Positions 1 to 9,155 of a stretch of DNA of 64,000 bases are shown here, in pieces. The DNA comes from Thermoplasmatota archaeon. Lineage in GTDB: Archaea; Thermoplasmatota; Poseidoniia; Poseidoniales; Thalassarchaeaceae. Position 1 is the first letter of the stretch. Each line of letters starts with the position of its first letter. The DNA lies in assembly GCA_036138175.1 (NCBI GenBank), contig JAZAAK010000010.1, forward strand, positions 1,229 through 65,228, read 5' to 3'. The notes under the pieces were generated by a model. That model searched no databases, was not told the DNA's origin, and saw only the letters and a list, made by a program, of their open reading frames with translations. The translations under genes were made by a program, and so were the position numbers.

Positions 1-9
1 AGACTGGGG

Positions 10-639
10 ATGTATTCTGAAGCTAGTGAATTGTTGGAAATAATGTTTGAATCAGAAATGGAACAACCAGACAGGCAGCAACTGATGAATATGGATCGGG
101 TTAGGCAAATGGTTGGTAAGGCGGCCAAAATGGAGAAGGACGAAATATTCAGACCTCAGAATCCGAAGCACCCTAGATGGGAAATAATCGGTCGAATGAA
201 AACTAGGAAACCCCTTTCAGACACTTTCTTCTTGTTTACTTTTGTAGCTCCGATTGTATTCTTGATGGGAACTGTAGCCATGACTTTGCTTGGAGGAAGT
301 CAATTTGGCTTCATTTTGGTGTTTTTAATTATTCTAGGTTTATTTATGGGAGTGAGTAGAGCTGCTGCTGGATTGCTGCAAAGACTCAATCGACACGCCC
401 TTGACCTAGAGAGGGCAATTGATGTTGAGGCTACTTCTGGAAAAGTCTGTGTGCCAACCGAAATTCGTGGTAGTAAACTCTACAATCATACAATTGGAAA
501 ACGAAGTACTGCTTTCCAAGATCGGCATTCAAAAATAATTGAATCTGACGAGATTATTGGTAAAAAGTGGAAACCAAACCTACCGGATTTTTCAAACACA
601 GAAAATTGGTGGGCAGAGGATGAGGAATTAGAAAATTAA
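10..639 (+). CDS. hypothetical membrane protein (two predicted TM helices, acidic Trp-containing C-terminus)
   Basis: ORF track 209 aa. The frame is also open back to nt 1, so the N-terminus may lie outside the window. Hydrophobic segments FFLFTFVAPIVFLMGTVAMTLLG and FGFILVFLIILGLFMGV. Ends ENWWAEDEELEN. No family recognised. Confidence 0.5.
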   Translation: MYSEASELLEIMFESEMEQPDRQQLMNMDRVRQMVGKAAKMEKDEIFRPQNPKHPRWEIIGRMKTRKPLSDTFFLFTFVAPIVFLMGTVAMTLLGGSQFGFILVFLIILGLFMGVSRAAAGLLQRLNRHALDLERAIDVEATSGKVCVPTEIRGSKLYNHTIGKRSTAFQDRHSKIIESDEIIGKKWKPNLPDFSNTENWWAEDEELEN

Positions 640-653
640 TTCTGAATTATTTC

Positions 654-1919
654 TTATGTACCTGCAGAATAATCTTCTAGATAGGCCAGTTGCTCATCTG
701 TCAAACTATCAATGCTAATTCCTTCGGCTGTGAGTTTTAATCTAGCCAATTCACTATCTTGTTCGGCACTTATGTCGTAAACGATGTTATCGTATCCCTC
801 GCCCTCAGCCGCTAGTCGACAAAGTGCAAGGAATTGATTGGCGAATGACATGTCCATTACTTCGCTTGGATGTCCTTCTGCTGCCGCTAGGTTAACCAGC
901 CTTCCACGGGCAAGCAGATGAATGGTACGTCCATCTTTGAGTTGGAAGGCTTCGTTATCTTCTCTAATCGTGTATATCTTTTCGGCCCTTTCTTCAAGAT
1001 GTGCAATATTGATTTCGCAATCATAATGACCGGTGTTACATACAATTGCTCCTTCTTTCATAATATCAAAATGGCGACCAATAATGACGTCTTTCATCCC
1101 TGTTGCTGTGCAAAATACGTCGCCAATCTTCGCAGCATCATCCATTTGCATGATGCGGTATCCATCCATGACTGCTTTCAGGGCTGCTATGGGATCGACT
1201 TCTGTGACAATAACATTGGCGCCCATACCACGGGCACGATTGGCTAGACCCTTGCCGCAATGTCCGTATCCAGCAATAACGAAAGTTTTGCCTGCGAGTA
1301 AAACACTGGTCGCTCGGATAATTCCGTCAAGTGTTGATTGCCCGGTTCCATGTACGTTATCGAAGTCCCACTTGGTCGATGCATCGTTGACTGCAATGAC
1401 TGGATAGAGAAGTTCGCCTGCTTCTCCCATAGCTCTAAGTCTGTGAACACCAGTGGTAGTCTCTTCAGTACCTCCAATCACCCCTTCTGCTAGTTCCGGA
1501 AATTTACTATGTAAACGATAAATAAGATCTGCACCATCGTCTAGAGTCAGTGTTGGGTTAATCTTCAGAGTACGATCGATAGATTGGTAGAACTCTTCGG
1601 TATTTTGGCCATACCAGGCATGTAAATCATAGCCTTCGGATGCAAGCCAAGCTGCTACATCATCCTGTGTGGATAGAGGATTACAACCGGACCAGGAAAC
1701 CTTGCCACCTGCGGCTTCAATGGTCTCAATTAACACAGCAGTTTCCTTAGTGACGTGCAAGCACCCTGCGATTCTTTGGCCCGCCAGAGGTTGTTCTTTC
1801 TCGGCCTTGGCCCGCAATGCCGCTAAAGCCGGCATTCTGCTTCGGGCCCATTCTACCTTTAGCCCACCAGTCTTCGCCAATGAAAGGTCTGCCACCGTGT
1901 ATGTTTCACCCGTGTCCAT
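654..1919 (-). CDS. ahcY: S-adenosyl-L-homocysteine hydrolase (adenosylhomocysteinase)
   Basis: 421 aa, ATG at 1919. Family-typical motifs CLHVTKETAVLIETI, SCNPLSTQDD, Rossmann GYGHCGKG, C-terminal HPSEVMDMSFANQ. Confidence 0.95.
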   Translation of the reverse strand: MDTGETYTVADLSLAKTGGLKVEWARSRMPALAALRAKAEKEQPLAGQRIAGCLHVTKETAVLIETIEAAGGKVSWSGCNPLSTQDDVAAWLASEGYDLHAWYGQNTEEFYQSIDRTLKINPTLTLDDGADLIYRLHSKFPELAEGVIGGTEETTTGVHRLRAMGEAGELLYPVIAVNDASTKWDFDNVHGTGQSTLDGIIRATSVLLAGKTFVIAGYGHCGKGLANRARGMGANVIVTEVDPIAALKAVMDGYRIMQMDDAAKIGDVFCTATGMKDVIIGRHFDIMKEGAIVCNTGHYDCEINIAHLEERAEKIYTIREDNEAFQLKDGRTIHLLARGRLVNLAAAEGHPSEVMDMSFANQFLALCRLAAEGEGYDNIVYDISAEQDSELARLKLTAEGISIDSLTDEQLAYLEDYSAGT

Positions 1920-1984
1920 GACCTAAGGCGGCCACCAAGAGGCCTTCAAGGTGCGTTTTGAGCATCCCCCTTTCGAGGATTTAC

Positions 1985-4900
1985 TCAGTTGCCGCCGCCT
2001 TTACCTTGTTGGGCATAATATGCTGCGTAATACTGCTCGGCATATTGCCTCGCAGTAGCCTCGTCATAGCCTTGGCCGACCATCTGTTGTACGTATGCTT
2101 CGACAGGGTCCATTTGCTCTACACCACCAAACTGTTGGACAGTGTCTTGACCATCATCTGACTTACCTCTCGATCTAACAACAACTAGGGTTACACCAAC
2201 AATTGCTAGAACCAGGATTAATCCGATAGCAGCGAACATAATGACATCTGTACCACCACTATCTGACACACAACCATCGGCTGAAGGATTTAGGGCGCAA
2301 GGGTCACTTGGTCGAGGGAGTAAGTCGATTGTGAATTCGTTATTCAATTCGTATCGGTCGCCCTCAACAACTCTCCAGTATATTGTGACCCGCTCTCCAG
2401 AAGTCTCCAAGTATAGGTCCGCAATGTTTAGAGTAATTGTGAAGGTATCGCCGTCTCCAAGTAAAGCAGGGCCTGTTGTATTATACTTTCCTAGCGCCTT
2501 CTGAGTAGCCTTAGGAGATGGAGTCAAATCCAGAACCGATTGGTCCAATGCCACCTCAATCACAACACCATTTTCGGCACCCGAGGTCACAACTCCATTG
2601 ATTGTGACCAAATCCTCACTTTGAGAATCAGTCGAACGAGGGGAAGTAATATCGACAACTGGCGGATCATCTCCAAAGTCTTCTCCAACTACAATGAAGT
2701 ATATTCGTGCCTTTTCTGATTGTTTTCCAGCACGATCATATACAATCAATTCTAGCCTAATCTGATTCTCCAAAGTTCCATCGCTAGTCATGTTTCTGAA
2801 TACATAATTCCACATTTCACCACCTGCCGCGTTTGGCACTTGGAAGGTGTGTCCTTCTAGAGTTGGGTTCGAGGAATCTACTGGATAATCAAAGAAGACT
2901 CTGTACTCAAACATCTCAATACCTCTCTCGCCCTCTGGTGCGTCCTCGTCAGAGCTTTCTGAAGAATCGAAGGACAGACTGATGTCACCGCTGTCGGTCA
3001 ATCTAACTCTATAAATTGGCCAATCTATACCACCAACCGTCTTGGTTCCTTCAAGACTTACATATTCGTCTGTAACACTATCTTCAACAAGTTGTAGATC
3101 TGCATTTGGTCGGAATTCATCGGCCAATGTGTCGTCAGTAACAAGATGAATGTAAGTGATTCTTGTGTGGCCATCATCATCGTGAAGATACAATGTCAAT
3201 AGCCATTCTGCCCCGATTCGACATCCTGTTGTGGAACTCGAATCACCAACGCAGAAGCTACCAAGAGCAGGTATGCTCGCACTGTTCTGGCGGATATGGC
3301 TTATCTCTCCGAAATCGATGATTTCTCCTTCCCAGCCAGTAACTGATTCATTCATGTCTGTAGATTGTAATGTCCAATCGGCGGTAATGCTGTCCGCCAA
3401 GGACGAATCCGAAGTCAAGAAAGAGAAGTCGAGTTCGGAGTTCGACTTGATGTACATGGTTGCATAGGCACCTGTAACTGTGTCAATCGAAGGAGCTTCG
3501 CCATTTACTGTGAGGTCAAATCCATCCCCTGCAATTCCGAATTCATTAGGATAAGGAGTTACATGATAGCCCAACATGTTGGATAGTAGTGGCATAGATG
3601 TTCCACCAAATGGTTGAGAGAAGCTTGGATTCTCTACATCTAGGGTAGTCACAATCATTCCACCTGCACCACGGTTACAAATCGAAAGTAACGATTGTGA
3701 ATCGAATGACTCACTTCGCATCAGTGTGTGGAAGGTTCCAGTTGGATCACTAATTCGACCTCCACAGACTTGTGGAATTTGGTCGAATTGTACCTGTGCA
3801 GTATCTAGTCCAGCCAAAGCAACGTATGATCCACCATGAACACCTGCAAAGGCTGCAGTATCGACGTTCGTCATCAATGGGTGGTAAGCATCGACAATCA
3901 CTACGTCGTCGTTTGTGACTGTGTTATTCCATTGATTTCGCATTGCGATATCCATTCCGAAAGGTAGTCGATTTGGCTGGTATTCGTTGCGATATGGTCC
4001 TAGGTGGATCTGAACAGTTCCTCCATTTACCATGTATGCCTCTAGAACTTCTGTAACCGATAGACCATCAGATTCCCTGGTTGATGCGAGGGTCTCGTAG
4101 TATTCTCCGTACTCGACGTTGTAATCGGTCTGCCATGGTAGCAATATCTTCTCGTAATGTGACATCCAATTTTCTGTTGCGTATCTATCCCAATCGCTTA
4201 CTGATAATTGGGTGTATGTCATACCCATCGATTCTAGGTCCTGCTTTACTCTCTGCAAACGATTCTGGTCGGTAGGATTGGACAGAATCGCGACGTCAAC
4301 GGTGTCAAAGAATTCAATCTCGAAGAACCGATCGTTTCCTGATGGATCTCCGTCTTCAGTCAATATCGCATAGAAGCTGATGTTGTATTGGTGACCGTCA
4401 TACCATCCATTGTAAGGCGCGGTCCAATTAGCGAAGTCTCGAGCGTGAGGTTCAAGATCGAACGGCCCATTATCGGCCGGTTGTTCGTAGACTGTCTGAC
4501 CTGTTGTCATATCTACAATCTTCATGTTCACCTCATATTCACCCGCGATAACACCATTCAGAAGAGGTACTGTGAATGAGTGCTGAGATACTGAATCATA
4601 TGTGTACACACACTTGTATGTAATATCTGAGACACAATCAAGCACATTTGGTTGCATCAAGGTTATGTCAGCACTTGCGATACTGAAGATAATCTGGGTA
4701 TGATTATTTGCGGTGGTAATCTCTGATTTATTGTACCAAGATGTGCCTTCAATTGTACTGTTGAATAGTGTTGTAGTATCAATTCGATAGATTCCTGATT
4801 TGAAGTCATGAGTCGCCACTGTTACGTCTTGGCGCTCCGAAGCATCCAATCCATTGATGTCATTGATGTAAGTTCCATCATCCTCGAAAGTGAATTGATC

Positions 4901-7900
4901 GATACGAATGTTATCGACTGCAAATCCAGCAAGTCCTGCATTTCCATTCACTCCGTCATCGTTTGACTGGAATCTCCATGTCAGGGTAACTTCTGAGCCC
5001 GAAAGATCGGTGCACTCAGTTCTCCACTCAAAGGTGTCGTTAGAGGTTTGGTTTAGCAGGGTTATGTGGGTCATATCAATTATGACTGACTTAACTAGAC
5101 TTTCGGAATCAAACCAAACTACTGACTCGTAACGGTCGGAATGGTCTCCCATGTATTCCACCTCATCATATCGACCATTGTTGTCGAAATCTTCACACTC
5201 GCCAAGGCCGCTACCATCTCGGAATGGCCTTAGTCCATTTTCGTTAAGATCGGTCCAGCTTCCCCATACGGTTCCACGGTAGATTTCTCCACCCTTAGAC
5301 CATTCAATTTCTAGACCAGCGGCATCGCGTATAGCTAGAATGTTGCCTTGCTGGTCTGAAAGATAATCGCCCTCTGCGAAGTAATCAAAGGTTAGGTAAG
5401 TGAAGTCGGTTCCACCAACAGCGACTTGGAAAGGATCGAGTGTTAGAGTTTCGTCCCAATTGTCGCCATAACCAGTGTCTGGATCACCTAACCAATAGGC
5501 AAAGGAATTGAAGACTCCTCTGCTTTGTGGTAGCATTGGATGGTCTCCATTCGTGTCATCTAATCGGCTTCCATTTTGGTTTCCATCATCTTCCCAGATT
5601 GGTTCTAATCCTGAGAAATCCTCAATGGCGATTAGATCGGGAAGGGCGTTCTTGACCACAGTTTCCAATTGGAAGTCGGTCAAAGTGTTTCCATAGTTCT
5701 GAACTCTAACCTCTATGTCGCGATCGCCCGATGCATATCTCAATCCATTCTCAAGGCTAATCCATGGTTCTTCTGCAACACCTGGGTCGAATAGGTTCTT
5801 GACAGTGATTTGGAATTTGACTTCATCATTTGTTGCGTCTGCGTTATCGAATCCGTTAGGATTGGTCAATTCAGTCTTGATGTAATAAGTTCGGTTGTCA
5901 ATGAAGTCAGCAGTAAGTGACACTTCCTCAGTAGCACCTGCTGCAAAATTGGAGAATGAGAGAGTTTGACTTACTACTTCTTCTGTACCGAAGATAACAT
6001 CAGTTTTCCGAATCGAGATATTGTCAAATGCAAACCCATCTAGTCCCGTGTCCTGAGACGAGCCATCTGGACCAACGCTTCCCATCAAACCACTGCGGAA
6101 GCGGAATCGAATATCGACAACCTCGCCTGCATAACGAGTTAGATCGATTGCATCATCACCAGAATAACTTGTCCAAGGTGTGACGGTTTCGGATGCGAAA
6201 TTTCCGTTATAGGTGTTGTATTCCGGATCATATCCAAATGCATAAAGACGCAGGTATCTCTCATTATCCCATCCTCCAGTGAAGAATACCTGTTCCCATC
6301 CATTTCCATCACTCCAGACCTCAATACCACAGGAGTCCTCATACAGCCATCGTTCTACTACGGCGTATTGCTCAGCGAGATACAATTCAAAAAATGCGGC
6401 GCTGCAGAATAAATCTAGGTCCAAGTATGCCGCATCCGCACCCGTCAAGTCAACATTCTCAATGATGAATGCCTCATCCATGTTGTTGTAATAACCAGAT
6501 TCATTGTCCTGATTGTTATGGTCCATTCCGGCCCACATGTAGGTAGTCGGGTTTGTGTCGGCTTCCCACCAATCATCTGTAGCTGAACCGTTTGAATCGG
6601 TGGATGCATTCCATTCCTCATGCCATGAAGACGAACCAGCACCATATTCTCCTGTGTATGATTTTAGGACAATCGTACAAGATGGGCAATTGGTATCGTC
6701 GATGTTACCCTCGAAGTCGTTAGAATAAACAAGGGTGTCGATTCCATCGAGAACTTCCTTGACTTCTAAGTCGACATCAATTGAGCCAGAAATAGGATTT
6801 AGACCAGTATTTTTCACTGTTAAGTTGACAAATCTGTTACCCTCACCAATCATGGCTGCTCCCGTGGCTGGATCAGAGGCCGCTGGTGCGATACTAACCT
6901 CTGTAATTCCAACATCTTCGTTGTCTAGACTGAGAACGGAGAGGAAATCACCAGCTCCGGCCCATCCTTGAGTATCGAGCCACATAGCGCTGTTAGCGAA
7001 TCGGTATGACCTGTCGCTCTGTCCAATGGCTATCTCGTAAGCACTGTTCTCTCCGCCTGCAAGTTGTCCTGGAACTGCCATGGTAGGTCGGCGGCCAACG
7101 TCAAAGGAAAGCGATGAGAGGTACCCATTACCGTTAGGATCACCAAGAATGATTTCTACTGTATTTACTTCTCTTAGGTTGTCTACAAGCAGGTATGTTT
7201 GGTTCTGTGCACTTGAGTCCTGCAAGCGAGTTAGAGTAACCTCTGTTGGAACAAAGAAATCCATTTTTCCATCTCTATTAACATCAGCAATGGTAATGGA
7301 GGCGCCTAGGTAATCTCCTAGAAGGACATAATTTTGAGTATCCCACGATGAACCTGTACGGGTTGCATAGGATATATTTCCTGTAATTCCATCAACTGCA
7401 GCAATTAGGTCTACCTCGCCATCATCATTTGTATCAGAAATATCGATTCCGTACAGAGGGTAATTGTGTTCTGCATTCAGTTTGAAATTATGAACGCCAC
7501 TTGCAGTTGCATCTAATGGATTTGGATAAGCGCCAAGTGTACAGTCGTATTCAAGGACGGTCATGTTGTCATAGTGACCATTTGAGAATCCAACACCTGT
7601 ATTGTAAGGAGGAGTTCTTAGTAGCCAAATGTCTAGATCTTCACAATCACCAACTCCACCACCAGGAAGACCACCACCGCCAAGGACATCCTCTCCCCAA
7701 TGTCCTAGAATTAAGTTCGTGTACAACCCATTAGTCAATGGCACTGGAATTGTTTGTTGAGCAGTTATTTGGGTTGGATCTGGTCCCTTGTATATGTTGA
7801 TGTAATTATTTGTGAAAGTGGGGTCTGTTACACTCATTATAATATCTGCATCTCCATCACCATCAATATCCTTTACATCCATATCCTGAAGATATGGGTT

Positions 7901-8428
7901 GCTAACTGTGATTGCTTCGGAGGGGTTCCAATTGTTGATTCTCTCATTACAGTCTCCCCAAAGTACAGTAAGATTTCCAGGAACCATAGGCCCTCCGACG
8001 AATCGAATGTTTTGTTGATAGTAGACTACGTCGTTAACTCCGTCACCATCTACATCGGCGACATAGACTCTAGTTCCGTCCGCTGTATCCCTGAATCCAG
8101 CACGGAAAGAATCGTTGTTTGAGATGAAGACATCCTGCCTGTCTCCAAATCCTCCCATACCGTCATTGTAGAGTGCAGTAATGAAGTGACCCATTGAACT
8201 AGCGGAGACGATATCGTTGTCGTCATCACAGTCAATATCCCCTATCGAAATGAAAGAGGGGTCTCTCTGGACTGCATACTGGGTAATGTGTGATGCTGAT
8301 ACAGATGGAACCAGTGATAGCATTGGTGAACTTAACATCAGCATAACCAAGAAAATCGCTATTCGACCTTCTTTGGATTCGTTTCGGGCGTTCTTAGACA
8401 GGGACATCATGGCTACGCCGAATTTCAT
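1985..8428 (-). CDS. giant (about 2147 aa) secreted, C-terminally membrane-anchored surface protein with FG-GAP/VCBS-like repeats and duplicated jelly-roll-like modules
   Basis: Uninterrupted ORF 1985..8464. The track start at 8464 is TTG; the first ATG is at 8428 and an alternative ATGATG lies at 8410/8407. Signal-peptide-like IAIFLVMLMLSSPMLSLVPSVSA. Ca-binding FG-GAP-like loops DVDGDGVNDVV, DIDGDGDADII, DTNDDGEVDLI, DVNRDGKMDFF. Duplicated motif GLDGFAFDNISI / GLAGFAVDNIRI. C-terminal TM VIMFAAIGLILVLAIVGVTLVVV, then a Q/Y/A-rich tail. Many N-x-S/T sequons. Confidence 0.85.
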   Translation of the reverse strand: MKFGVAMMSLSKNARNESKEGRIAIFLVMLMLSSPMLSLVPSVSASHITQYAVQRDPSFISIGDIDCDDDNDIVSASSMGHFITALYNDGMGGFGDRQDVFISNNDSFRAGFRDTADGTRVYVADVDGDGVNDVVYYQQNIRFVGGPMVPGNLTVLWGDCNERINNWNPSEAITVSNPYLQDMDVKDIDGDGDADIIMSVTDPTFTNNYINIYKGPDPTQITAQQTIPVPLTNGLYTNLILGHWGEDVLGGGGLPGGGVGDCEDLDIWLLRTPPYNTGVGFSNGHYDNMTVLEYDCTLGAYPNPLDATASGVHNFKLNAEHNYPLYGIDISDTNDDGEVDLIAAVDGITGNISYATRTGSSWDTQNYVLLGDYLGASITIADVNRDGKMDFFVPTEVTLTRLQDSSAQNQTYLLVDNLREVNTVEIILGDPNGNGYLSSLSFDVGRRPTMAVPGQLAGGENSAYEIAIGQSDRSYRFANSAMWLDTQGWAGAGDFLSVLSLDNEDVGITEVSIAPAASDPATGAAMIGEGNRFVNLTVKNTGLNPISGSIDVDLEVKEVLDGIDTLVYSNDFEGNIDDTNCPSCTIVLKSYTGEYGAGSSSWHEEWNASTDSNGSATDDWWEADTNPTTYMWAGMDHNNQDNESGYYNNMDEAFIIENVDLTGADAAYLDLDLFCSAAFFELYLAEQYAVVERWLYEDSCGIEVWSDGNGWEQVFFTGGWDNERYLRLYAFGYDPEYNTYNGNFASETVTPWTSYSGDDAIDLTRYAGEVVDIRFRFRSGLMGSVGPDGSSQDTGLDGFAFDNISIRKTDVIFGTEEVVSQTLSFSNFAAGATEEVSLTADFIDNRTYYIKTELTNPNGFDNADATNDEVKFQITVKNLFDPGVAEEPWISLENGLRYASGDRDIEVRVQNYGNTLTDFQLETVVKNALPDLIAIEDFSGLEPIWEDDGNQNGSRLDDTNGDHPMLPQSRGVFNSFAYWLGDPDTGYGDNWDETLTLDPFQVAVGGTDFTYLTFDYFAEGDYLSDQQGNILAIRDAAGLEIEWSKGGEIYRGTVWGSWTDLNENGLRPFRDGSGLGECEDFDNNGRYDEVEYMGDHSDRYESVVWFDSESLVKSVIIDMTHITLLNQTSNDTFEWRTECTDLSGSEVTLTWRFQSNDDGVNGNAGLAGFAVDNIRIDQFTFEDDGTYINDINGLDASERQDVTVATHDFKSGIYRIDTTTLFNSTIEGTSWYNKSEITTANNHTQIIFSIASADITLMQPNVLDCVSDITYKCVYTYDSVSQHSFTVPLLNGVIAGEYEVNMKIVDMTTGQTVYEQPADNGPFDLEPHARDFANWTAPYNGWYDGHQYNISFYAILTEDGDPSGNDRFFEIEFFDTVDVAILSNPTDQNRLQRVKQDLESMGMTYTQLSVSDWDRYATENWMSHYEKILLPWQTDYNVEYGEYYETLASTRESDGLSVTEVLEAYMVNGGTVQIHLGPYRNEYQPNRLPFGMDIAMRNQWNNTVTNDDVVIVDAYHPLMTNVDTAAFAGVHGGSYVALAGLDTAQVQFDQIPQVCGGRISDPTGTFHTLMRSESFDSQSLLSICNRGAGGMIVTTLDVENPSFSQPFGGTSMPLLSNMLGYHVTPYPNEFGIAGDGFDLTVNGEAPSIDTVTGAYATMYIKSNSELDFSFLTSDSSLADSITADWTLQSTDMNESVTGWEGEIIDFGEISHIRQNSASIPALGSFCVGDSSSTTGCRIGAEWLLTLYLHDDDGHTRITYIHLVTDDTLADEFRPNADLQLVEDSVTDEYVSLEGTKTVGGIDWPIYRVRLTDSGDISLSFDSSESSDEDAPEGERGIEMFEYRVFFDYPVDSSNPTLEGHTFQVPNAAGGEMWNYVFRNMTSDGTLENQIRLELIVYDRAGKQSEKARIYFIVVGEDFGDDPPVVDITSPRSTDSQSEDLVTINGVVTSGAENGVVIEVALDQSVLDLTPSPKATQKALGKYNTTGPALLGDGDTFTITLNIADLYLETSGERVTIYWRVVEGDRYELNNEFTIDLLPRPSDPCALNPSADGCVSDSGGTDVIMFAAIGLILVLAIVGVTLVVVRSRGKSDDGQDTVQQFGGVEQMDPVEAYVQQMVGQGYDEATARQYAEQYYAAYYAQQGKGGGN

Positions 8429-8461
8429 TTCATTATTATGCCTAATGGGACCATGTTTTTG

Positions 8462-8478
8462 CAACCCCTATGGGGTTG
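8462..8478 (-). terminator. GC-rich stem-loop CAACCCC-TAT-GGGGTTG (7-bp stem, 3-nt loop), no U-tract
   Basis: Perfect inverted repeat read directly. Lies 20 nt downstream of the stop of the 8498..9124 gene and 34 nt upstream of the giant gene ATG at 8428. Function (3' end formation, stability or operator) not established. Confidence 0.3.
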
Positions 8479-8497
8479 ATGGCTAAAATTGGCGAAA

Positions 8498-9124
8498 TTA
8501 ACTTGCTTCAAGCCAACTCGGATTAGGAGCGTATTGAGTCTCAGCGCCACCGTGAATTCGCTCAAGTTTACCGAGCAACCAAAGCCTATCTAAGAACATC
8601 TGGAGCTCAACTCCAGAGCGATTGATTCGGTCACTCAATAGACTCTCTATTGAGCCAACTGAAAGCGAGGTATGGCCATGTTCACGAACCACTAAAGCCA
8701 TCACAAGTTGAATCCAAGATTCAGCCATTGGATCCCCTGAAATATTATCAGATAGTGGCTCGGGGTCTTCTTCTAATTCTTCTAAAAATAAACTGATTTC
8801 TGCAAGGTTAGGTTCGGTTCTTTCAGGGACTCCTAATTCTGATACACCGGCATCTATGTCGAGGTCTCCGACGACTCTTACAATAGAAGGCAATCGACTT
8901 GGATCAGGAGGTGGTCCAGGTAGTTCTCTTGCAGCTTTGGAGATTTCAGGGCCTTCAGAAGAATCTGTACTTGAGCCGTGAACTGATTGGGTGTATCCGA
9001 TGTCCCCTTCGAGGCCTATTCGTTCACGATATAGGTTAACCCAAGACGGTGGACCCTGAATTACAACTTCTACATCATGCTCATTCGAGCGAAATGAAAA
9101 GCGGATATTCGCCTCGTCAGTCAT
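8498..9124 (-). CDS. hypothetical protein with winged-helix-like C-terminal region
   Basis: The track ORF runs to 9202, but its first 26 codons overlap the aconitase 3' end. ATG at 9124 gives 208 aa (MTDEANIRF...). Pro-rich linker PGPPPDPSRLP. The C-terminal part LDRLWLLGKLERIHGGAETQY resembles a recognition helix plus wing. No family recognised. Confidence 0.55.
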   Translation of the reverse strand: MTDEANIRFSFRSNEHDVEVVIQGPPSWVNLYRERIGLEGDIGYTQSVHGSSTDSSEGPEISKAARELPGPPPDPSRLPSIVRVVGDLDIDAGVSELGVPERTEPNLAEISLFLEELEEDPEPLSDNISGDPMAESWIQLVMALVVREHGHTSLSVGSIESLLSDRINRSGVELQMFLDRLWLLGKLERIHGGAETQYAPNPSWLEAS

Positions 9125-9155
9125 ATTTTCACCGGTTAGGTTTTCAGATTTCAAT

